NCBI RefSeq assembly: GCF_000021865.1
Contig: NC_014034.1
Coordinates: forward strand, 2,400,001 to 2,432,000
From: Rhodobacter capsulatus SB 1003
GTDB lineage: Bacteria > Pseudomonadota > Alphaproteobacteria > Rhodobacterales > Rhodobacteraceae
Direction: 5' to 3'
Length of the DNA: 32,000 nucleotides
The notes beneath the pieces are model-generated. The model saw nothing but the letters and a program-made list of their open reading frames with translations. It had not been told where the DNA came from and made no database searches. Position 1 is the first letter of the stretch; every line of letters begins with the position of its first letter. The position numbers were made by a program, and so were the translations under genes. Positions 15,511 to 22,213 of this stretch are shown here, piece after piece.

Positions 15511-16326
15511 ATGTCCGACCTTTTCATCGACCGCCTGTCGATGCGGTTTGCGCAAGCCGCAAGCCCCCCCACCGAAGCCCTGCGCGATGTCTCGCTGACG
15601 ATCCGCAAGGGCGAACTTGTCTCGATCCTCGGCCCCTCGGGCTGCGGCAAGACCACGCTTTTGAACATCCTTGCCGGATTTCTGGCGCCCACCGGCGGCA
15701 CGGTCCGGCTGGGCGACGCGCCGATCACCGGCCCCGGCCCCGAACGCGGCATGGTGTTTCAGCAGGGCGCGCTGTTCGAATGGATGAGCGTGCGGCACAA
15801 CATCGATTTCGGACCGCGGATGCGCGGCGTGGCGCGGGCCGAGCGCGCCCGCCTGACCGATCATCTGCTTGAAAGCGTGGGGCTGCAGGGCTTTGGCGAC
15901 AAGCCGGTCTATGCGCTCTCGGGGGGCATGCAGCAGCGGGTGGCGCTGGCGCGCTGCCTGGCCAATGACCCGGAGCTGATCCTGATGGACGAGCCCTTGG
16001 GCGCGCTGGATGCGCTGACGCGCGAAAAGATGCAGGGCCTGATCCTGAAGCTGTGGCGGGACACCGACAAGACGGTGATCCTGATCACCCATTCGGTCGA
16101 GGAGGCGCTGCTTCTGGGGCAGCGGCTGATCGTGATGGCGCCGCGCCCGGGGCGGATCCTGCGCGACTATGCGCTGCCCTTTGCCGGGGCCGCCGTCGGC
16201 GCCGATCTGCGCGAGATCCGCCGCCGCCCGGATTTCATTCAGACCCGCGACGAGATCCTGTCGCTGATCTGGGGGATGGAGGACGAAATCATGGGCCGCT
16301 TCGAACTGGCGGAGGCGGCGCAATGA
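15511..16326 (+). CDS. tauB: Taurine ABC transporter ATP-binding protein
   Basis: Walker A GPSGCGKTT, ABC signature LSGGMQQR and Walker B LILMDEP. Confidence 0.9.
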   Translation: MSDLFIDRLSMRFAQAASPPTEALRDVSLTIRKGELVSILGPSGCGKTTLLNILAGFLAPTGGTVRLGDAPITGPGPERGMVFQQGALFEWMSVRHNIDFGPRMRGVARAERARLTDHLLESVGLQGFGDKPVYALSGGMQQRVALARCLANDPELILMDEPLGALDALTREKMQGLILKLWRDTDKTVILITHSVEEALLLGQRLIVMAPRPGRILRDYALPFAGAAVGADLREIRRRPDFIQTRDEILSLIWGMEDEIMGRFELAEAAQ

Positions 16327-17576
16327 TCCTGGCCCTTGCCTATCTGGCGATTTTCCTGGGCGCGGGGCTGAGCCTGCGCCTGATCCGCCGCGGCCGCATC
16401 GACACCGCGCGCCGCACCGTCTCCTTTGGCGACGCAAGCGCGGTGCGGCCCGACCGCGTCGCCTCGGTGCTCTCGGTGGCGACGATCTTTCTGATCTGGG
16501 GGGCCTTCACCGGCTCGAAACTGGTGCCGGTGCATGTGCCGGGCCCCTTCACCGGCGAGACGGCGTTTTCCTACACCGTCACCGCGCCCGATGGCGCCAG
16601 CGATACCGCGACGGTGCGGGTGACGGTGCTGGCCCCCGCCGACACCACCCCGCAAAAGCCGCCCTTGCCCGCCCCCCGCACCGGCCTTGCGCAAGATGAC
16701 GCCGCCTCGGTCGCGGCCTGGCGCTATGCGCTGGTGCGTCCGACCGCGAATGACGCGCCGGGGGTGAGCCTGACCGCGATCGACGGGCAGCCGGTGACAG
16801 TGGGCCAGCCGCTGCGCGTCGCGCATGGGCAGGTGACGCTGACGCCGAAAGGCTCGCTCTCGTTTGCGCCCGACAAGGGCTGGCAGATGGAGCCGATCTG
16901 GCTGCCCGCGCCCGAAAGCGTCGCCGCCCGGTTCTGGCAAATCGCGCGGGAGGGCTATCAGAACAAGCCGCTGTGGGAACACCTGGGCTTTTCGCTTTTT
17001 CGGGTGCTGGCCGGGTTCTTTTTCGGCGCGCTGATCGGGATTCCGCTTGGCTATGCGATGGGGCTTTCGGGTTGGGTGCGCGGCTGGTTCGACCCGATCG
17101 TCGAATTCATGCGCCCGGTGCCGCCGCTTGCGCTCATTCCGCTGATCATCATCTGGTGGGGGATCTGGGAAACCGGCAAGATCGTTTTGCTGTTTCTGGC
17201 CGCGCTTTGGATCATGGTGATCGCGGCGCGCTCGGGGGTGGCGGGGGTGCGGCTTTCCAAAGTCCATGCCGCCTACAGCCTTGGCGCTTCGAAATGGCAG
17301 GTGCTGACCCATGTGATCATCCCGAATTCGCTGCCCGATCTCTTCATCGGCGCGCGGGTGGCGATGGGGGTGTGCTGGGGCACCGTCGTCGCGGCGGAAC
17401 TGGTCGCGGCGGAAAAGGGCGCAGGCATGATGATCCTTGTCGCCTCGAAATTCCAGCTGACCGACATCGTGGTGATGGGGATCCTGCTGATCGGCCTGAT
17501 CGGTTACGGCATCGATGTCGCCCTGCGCGCGGCCGAGCGCCATTTCGTGCCCTGGCGCGGCAGGACCGGCGGCTGA
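16323..17576 (+). CDS. tauC: Taurine ABC transporter permease carrying a roughly 130-aa periplasmic insertion
   Basis: ATGA coupling to tauB. The C-terminal 220 aa is a standard BPD-type permease core. Residues about 65-193 are an extra domain with cadherin/Big-like sequence patterns. Confidence 0.85.
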   Translation: MILALAYLAIFLGAGLSLRLIRRGRIDTARRTVSFGDASAVRPDRVASVLSVATIFLIWGAFTGSKLVPVHVPGPFTGETAFSYTVTAPDGASDTATVRVTVLAPADTTPQKPPLPAPRTGLAQDDAASVAAWRYALVRPTANDAPGVSLTAIDGQPVTVGQPLRVAHGQVTLTPKGSLSFAPDKGWQMEPIWLPAPESVAARFWQIAREGYQNKPLWEHLGFSLFRVLAGFFFGALIGIPLGYAMGLSGWVRGWFDPIVEFMRPVPPLALIPLIIIWWGIWETGKIVLLFLAALWIMVIAARSGVAGVRLSKVHAAYSLGASKWQVLTHVIIPNSLPDLFIGARVAMGVCWGTVVAAELVAAEKGAGMMILVASKFQLTDIVVMGILLIGLIGYGIDVALRAAERHFVPWRGRTGG

Positions 17577-17590
17577 TCGCGCGGCACAGG

Positions 17591-17625
17591 AAAAGGCCCC
17601 GGATCGCTCCGGGGCCTTTGGTTTT
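17591..17625. terminator. Bidirectional intrinsic terminator between tauC and the cysteine desulfurase gene
   Basis: 8-bp stem GGCCCCGG/CCGGGGCC with loop ATCGCT, flanked by AAAA upstream and TTTGGTTTT downstream. Confidence 0.7.
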
Positions 17626-17634
17626 GGGGCTTTC

Positions 17635-19413
17635 TCAGCGCCGGCGACTGGCCAGCCGTGCCACCGCCGCGACGAACAGATCGACCTCGTCCCTTGTGTT
17701 GTAAAAGGCAAGCGAAGGCCGCACCGTCGCCTCCAGCCCGAAGCGGCGCAGGATCGGCTGCGCGCAGTGATGCCCCGCCCGCACCGCGATCCCCTCGCGG
17801 TCCAGCGCCCGGCCGACCTCGAGCGGCTCGAACCCCTCCAGCACGAAGGAGAGGACCGAGGCCTTGTGCGCCGCCGTGCCGATCAGCCGCACGCCGCGCA
17901 CCTGCGCCAGTTGCGCGGTCGCATAGTCCAGAAGCGCGTGTTCATAGGCGCCGATCGCGTCAAGCCCGATCCGTTGCACATAGGCCAGCGCCGCCGCCAG
18001 CCCGGCGGCATCGGCGATATTGCCGGTGCCCGCCTCGAACCGCGCGGGCGGCGGCTGGTAGAGCGTGCGCTCGAAACTGACATCGGCGATCATGTTGCCC
18101 CCGCCCTGCCAGGGCGGCAGCGTCTCGGCCAGGGCGCGGCGGATGTAGACCGCGCCGATGCCGGTGGGCCCAAACACCTTGTGGCCGGAAAAGACAAAGA
18201 AATCGGCGCCGATCTCCTGCACGTTCACCGGCATGTGGCTGACCGATTGCGCGCCATCGACAAGCGCCACCGCGCCGACCCCATGCGCCGCCGCCACGAT
18301 CTCGCGCACCGGAACCACCGTGCCCAAAGCGTTCGAGACCTGCGTCACCGCCACGATCTTCGTGCGCGGGCAAAGCAGCTTGAGATAGTCCTCCAGCCGC
18401 ACCTGCCCGGTGTCATCGACCGGAATGACCCGGATCCGCGCCCCCTTTTCCGCCGCAAGCTGTTGCCAGGGCACGATATTGGCATGGTGTTCCAGATGCG
18501 AGACGATGATCTCGTCGCCCGCGCGGATGTTCGCCACGCCCCAGGTGCGGGCGACAAGGTTGATCCCCTCGGTCGCGCCGCGCACGAAGGTGATTTCCTC
18601 CGACGCGGCCGCACCGAGAAAATCCCGCACCGCATCGCGGGCGTGCTCATAGGCATCCGTCGCCCGCGCCGCCAAAGTATGCGCGGCGCGGTGGATGTTC
18701 GAATTCTCGTGGCGATAGAACTCGGACAGCCGGTCGATGACGCAGGCGGGTTTCTGCGTCGTCGCGGCATTGTCGAACCAGACCAGCTGCCGCCCGTTCA
18801 CCCGCTCGGACAGGATCGGGAAATCGCGGCGCACGGCCTGGACGTCAAAGGCAGGCGCCGCGGCAGGCGTCGCCGGAGGGGGCTCTGCCGCCTCGGGCAG
18901 GAAGTAGAACCGCCCGGGCGGGGCCGCTTGCGGCGTGGCGAAGGGCGGCGCCCCGATCCGCGGCGACGCCGGGGCGGGCGCCAGTCGGGCATGGGCCGGG
19001 GGCGTCTGCAAGGCCGCGGGCGCGGTGTCCTGCGGCGCCAGCCTCGGCGCCCCGGAGCGATCCGGCGCCTGGGCCGCGGATTTGCCGGTCAGCAGGCCAA
19101 AGGCCTGCCGCGCCAGGCTGTCGAGACTGTCGGCATGACCGGCGCCAAGCGGCGCCGTGCCCAGCGCGCCGGGCGCAAGCCCCGCCCCGGGCGCCAGATC
19201 GGCGGCAGGGCCGCTGGCGCCGGGATGGCCCCCCGTCGCGCGCCGCGCAAGCGCGCCCGCCGTCCCCGCATCCGGCTCGGCCAGATAAGAGGGGCTTTCG
19301 CCCCCCTCTCCCGGCAATGCGGTGAAGAAATCCCGCGCCAGCGCCGTCAGTTGCGCGATGTCGGGCAGGCCCGCGGGGGCCGCGCTCTCAGCGGTAAGTG
19401 TCGGGGTAGTCAT
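17635..19413 (-). CDS. Class-V (SufS/CsdA-like) cysteine desulfurase with a long disordered N-terminal extension; predicted encapsulin cargo
   Basis: The catalytic domain runs from about FDVQAVRRDFPIL and includes the SGHK PLP lysine and the C-terminal RAGHHCAQP active-site Cys. It is preceded by about 190 aa rich in Pro, Ala and Gly. The ATG at 19413 has a GAGGTGG Shine-Dalgarno and overlaps the encapsulin 3' end by 26 nt. Confidence 0.9.
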   Translation of the reverse strand: MTTPTLTAESAAPAGLPDIAQLTALARDFFTALPGEGGESPSYLAEPDAGTAGALARRATGGHPGASGPAADLAPGAGLAPGALGTAPLGAGHADSLDSLARQAFGLLTGKSAAQAPDRSGAPRLAPQDTAPAALQTPPAHARLAPAPASPRIGAPPFATPQAAPPGRFYFLPEAAEPPPATPAAAPAFDVQAVRRDFPILSERVNGRQLVWFDNAATTQKPACVIDRLSEFYRHENSNIHRAAHTLAARATDAYEHARDAVRDFLGAAASEEITFVRGATEGINLVARTWGVANIRAGDEIIVSHLEHHANIVPWQQLAAEKGARIRVIPVDDTGQVRLEDYLKLLCPRTKIVAVTQVSNALGTVVPVREIVAAAHGVGAVALVDGAQSVSHMPVNVQEIGADFFVFSGHKVFGPTGIGAVYIRRALAETLPPWQGGGNMIADVSFERTLYQPPPARFEAGTGNIADAAGLAAALAYVQRIGLDAIGAYEHALLDYATAQLAQVRGVRLIGTAAHKASVLSFVLEGFEPLEVGRALDREGIAVRAGHHCAQPILRRFGLEATVRPSLAFYNTRDEVDLFVAAVARLASRRR

Positions 19414-20318
19414 GGTATTTTCCCACCTCCACATCGGTCAGCACGGCCAGCGCATCGGGCGATTGCACGACGAGCGAGCAGTAAAGCGAGATCAGATAGG
19501 ACGCGATCGCATTGCGGTCGATCCCCATGAACCGCACCGAGAGGCCCGGGCTCTGCTCGCCCTCCAGCCCCGGTTGAAAGAGGCCCACGACGCCCTGCCG
19601 CTTCTCGCCCACCCGCAGAAGCAGGATCGAGGTCTTGCCGCCGGTGACGGGGATCTTGTCGGACGGAATGATCGGCAGGCCGCGCCAGGTGAGGAACTGC
19701 GCCCCGAACAGGCTGACCGTCGCGGGCGGGACCCCGCGGCGCGTGCATTCGCGGCCAAAGGCGGCGATGGCGCGCGGATGGGCCAGGAAGAAGGCGGGTT
19801 CCTTCCAGACCTTGGTGATCAGCTCGTCCAGATCGTCGGGCGTCGGCGCCCCGGTCAGCGTCGGGATGATCTGGCTCTCGGCGGCATTGGCCAGAAGCCC
19901 GTAATCGGGGTTGTTGATCAGCTCGCTTTCCTGCCGCTCCTTCACCGTCTCGACGGTCAGGCGCAGCTGTTCCTTGACCTGATCGAAGGGCGAGGAATAT
20001 AGGTCGGACACCCGCGTATGGACATCGAGCACGGTCCAGACGGCATTGAGGAAATATTCCCGCGGCCGGTCGTCGTAATCGACGAAGGTCGCGGGCAGCA
20101 CGGCCTCGTCGCGCTGGGTGCAGGCGACGCGCACGGCATCGGCGTTCTTCACCGTGTTGAGCCGGTAGATCCCCGCCTCGACCGGAAGCCATTGCAGGAA
20201 ATGCACCAGCCAGCGCGGCAGTGATCGTGGGCCAGGATACGGCGCCCGTCTTCGTGGCATTGGCAAAGCTGGCGGGCGGCACTGTCGCCCAGCGCCAGTT
20301 TGACACCGGTTCGGTCAT
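19388..20318 (-). CDS. Family 2A (SrpI-like) encapsulin shell protein, interrupted by an apparent 1-nt frameshift near 20219-20222 (possible pseudogene, sequencing error or recoding)
   Basis: The ATG at 20318 has a strong AAGGAG Shine-Dalgarno and reads 33 codons (MTEPVSNWRWATVPPASFANATKTGAVSWPTIT). The remaining 276 codons (PRWLVHFLQWLPVEAGIYRLN ... to the stop at 19388) lie in the +1 frame. About 309 aa once joined, with no cNMP-binding insertion. Operon context of cysteine desulfurase, CysE and rhodanese. Confidence 0.8.
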
Positions 20319-20340
20319 TCACGTTCTCCTTCTTGGGGTG

Positions 20341-20372
20341 CAGAAAACCATCCCGCGGACGCGCCGCGGGAT
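20341..20372 (-). terminator. Terminator/attenuator-like hairpin between cysE and the encapsulin gene
   Basis: On the minus strand: 9-bp stem ATCCCGCGG/CCGCGGGAT with loop CGCGT, followed by GGTTTTCTG. It ends 22 nt upstream of the encapsulin ATG, abutting its Shine-Dalgarno region. Confidence 0.45.
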
Positions 20373-20397
20373 TGGCAGGTTGAAAATGTGTTCTGTG

Positions 20398-21357
20398 TCA
20401 GTCTGTTCCGGGGCCCGGCCGGGGGCCCCGGGTCAGCCCGGCCTGGGTCACATGCGCCCCCGGCGGCACGCTTTCGGTCAGCCAGACATTGCCGCCGATG
20501 ACGGCGCCCTTGCCCAGCGTGACCCGGCCCAGCACGGTGGCGCCGGCATAGATCACCACGTCATCCTCGACGATCGGATGGCGCGGATGGCCCTTGAGCG
20601 CACGGCCCAGCGCATCGGTGGGAAAGCTTTTCGCCCCCAGCGTGACCGCCTGAAACAGCCGCACGCCATCGCCGATCACCGTGGTTTCGCCGATCACCAC
20701 GCCGGTGCCGTGATCGATGAAGAACCCCGCGCCGATCGTCGCGCCGGGGTGGATGTCGATCCCCGTCGCGCGATGCGCCGCCTCCGAGATCATCCGCGCG
20801 ATCAGCGGTGCGCCAAGACGGTAAAGCCGGTGGGCGATGCGATGGTGGATCATCGCGGCCAGACCCGGGTAGCACAGCAGCACCTCGTCGACGCTGCGCG
20901 CCGCCGGATCGGCGCCATGGGCCGCCAGGACATCCTGGTCAAGCTGGGTGCGGATCGTCGGCAGATATTGCGCGAAGTCGCGCACAAGCGCATGCGCCCG
21001 CCCCCGGATTTCCGCCCGCTGCGCCGGATCGGCGTCGTTCGGACGGCCGCCCAGTTCCAGAACCACCTGTTCCACCAGATCGCGCAGCACGACATCGAGC
21101 GTGTGGCCGACATAAAGCTGTTCGCTTTCCTGCCGCAGGTCCGAAGGCCCGAGCCGCATCGGAAACAGCGCCCCGCGCAGCCCGGCGACGATCCGTTCCA
21201 CCGTCTCGGGCGCGGGCAATTCGCGCCCGCCCGGCGTGGTGGCGCGATGATGCGCCGCCCGCCAGTCGGCGCGCGCCCGGGTCAGCGCCGCCAGCACCGG
21301 AACCAGGGAAAACCCGTTGTCCGCGTCGTGATCCGTCCGTTGCGTGTCAAGCGTCAT
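20398..21357 (-). CDS. cysE: Serine O-acetyltransferase (long form, 319 aa)
   Basis: Hexapeptide-repeat core GIDIHPGATIGAGFFIDHGTGVVIGETTVIGDGV typical of CysE. AAGGAGG Shine-Dalgarno 5 nt before the ATG at 21357. Confidence 0.9.
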   Translation of the reverse strand: MTLDTQRTDHDADNGFSLVPVLAALTRARADWRAAHHRATTPGGRELPAPETVERIVAGLRGALFPMRLGPSDLRQESEQLYVGHTLDVVLRDLVEQVVLELGGRPNDADPAQRAEIRGRAHALVRDFAQYLPTIRTQLDQDVLAAHGADPAARSVDEVLLCYPGLAAMIHHRIAHRLYRLGAPLIARMISEAAHRATGIDIHPGATIGAGFFIDHGTGVVIGETTVIGDGVRLFQAVTLGAKSFPTDALGRALKGHPRHPIVEDDVVIYAGATVLGRVTLGKGAVIGGNVWLTESVPPGAHVTQAGLTRGPRPGPGTD

Positions 21358-21389
21358 GCTGCCTCCTTGGCTGAAATTCCTGCCTTCAA

Positions 21390-21437
21390 TCCGTCGCCCC
21401 GGTGCCGCGGCCCCAGTCCGTCGTCCCCGGTGCCGCG
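21390..21437. repeat. Tandem 20/21-nt direct repeat in the rhodanese-cysE spacer
   Basis: TCCGTCGCCCCGGTGCCGCG (21390-21409) and TCCGTCGTCCCCGGTGCCGCG (21417-21437). They are identical apart from one extra T, and their starts are 27 nt apart. Confidence 0.5.
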
Positions 21438-21438
21438 C

Positions 21439-21906
21439 TCAGTCCTGCCGCCAGGGCAGATCGCGCCAGCGCCAGCCCGACACCCGGCCGCGGTGGCCCG
21501 CCGCGTCCAGATCGCCCTCGAACCCCTCAAGCACGTTGAACACCTGGGTGAAGCCCGCCGCCGTCGCCGCCTGCGCCGCCTGAACCGAGCGCTGCCCGGA
21601 CCGGCACAAGAGCAAGATCACCGCCTCGCGCGGGGCGACCGTTTCCAGCCCGCGCAGAAACCGCGGGTTGCGCGTCAGCTCGAGCCCGCTGGCCCAGGGC
21701 AGGTGCAGCGCCCCCGGCACATGGCCGACGAAGCGGATCTCCTCGGGCGAGCGGATGTCGATCAGCAGCCCCTGCCCCGCCTCGGCCAGCGCCTGCGCCA
21801 GATCGGGCGGCACATCGCCCGCATAGCTCAGACCGGCCGCGCGCGCCGTGGCGCGGATCTGGGCCAGCGCATCGGCCGGGGCAAGCGGGGCGGAAACGGC
21901 GGTCAT
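21439..21906 (-). CDS. Single-domain rhodanese (sulfurtransferase), 155 aa
   Basis: Active-site loop CRSGQRS in a rhodanese-fold context. The ATG at 21906 has an AGGGAG Shine-Dalgarno 7 nt upstream. The longer ORF-track extension to 22290 is Arg/Pro-rich with no ribosome-binding site. Confidence 0.85.
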   Translation of the reverse strand: MTAVSAPLAPADALAQIRATARAAGLSYAGDVPPDLAQALAEAGQGLLIDIRSPEEIRFVGHVPGALHLPWASGLELTRNPRFLRGLETVAPREAVILLLCRSGQRSVQAAQAATAAGFTQVFNVLEGFEGDLDAAGHRGRVSGWRWRDLPWRQD

Positions 21907-22003
21907 GGCAACTCCCTGTGGCAAGCGGACATCGCGGGGCGGGACGGCGCGGCGGGGATGCCCCGCCCGCCTCTTCCGGCTGGGAGAACCGGAACACGAG
22001 AAT

Positions 22004-22030
22004 TCACGATTGAGAAGATAGATATTAATC
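22004..22030 (+). promoter_or_regulatory. Operator/promoter-like motif, copy B: TCACGA-N7-GATAGA-T-ATTAATC
   Basis: 21 of 27 positions match 981-1007. It sits in the only AT-rich patch of the 307-bp region upstream of the rhodanese-cysE-encapsulin operon, 98 nt from the rhodanese ATG. Confidence 0.4.
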
Positions 22031-22213
22031 GTCTTCTGTTTCGGCGCCGTTTTTGGAGGAAATCCGCAGCGGGGCGGCTTTCGGACAGAAGGTTTCTTCT
22101 GCGCCCCGGCAGCCCCTGCGCGGCCCGGGCGACTCAGCCGCGCCGGATTGCCCTGCGGCGCGGCCCGCGCCCGCCCGAAACCGGGCGGACGAAGACAGCT
22201 GGACGGGGGCGGC

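Noticed and set aside
19410-20318. 302-aa ORF in the alternative frame across the whole encapsulin gene
   Set aside because: Only its first 33 codons look genuine, with a Shine-Dalgarno plus ATG and the ANATKT segment. The remainder is Arg/Gly/Ala-rich with no encapsulin blocks, which all lie in the other frame. It is interpreted as a frameshift junction, not a separate gene.
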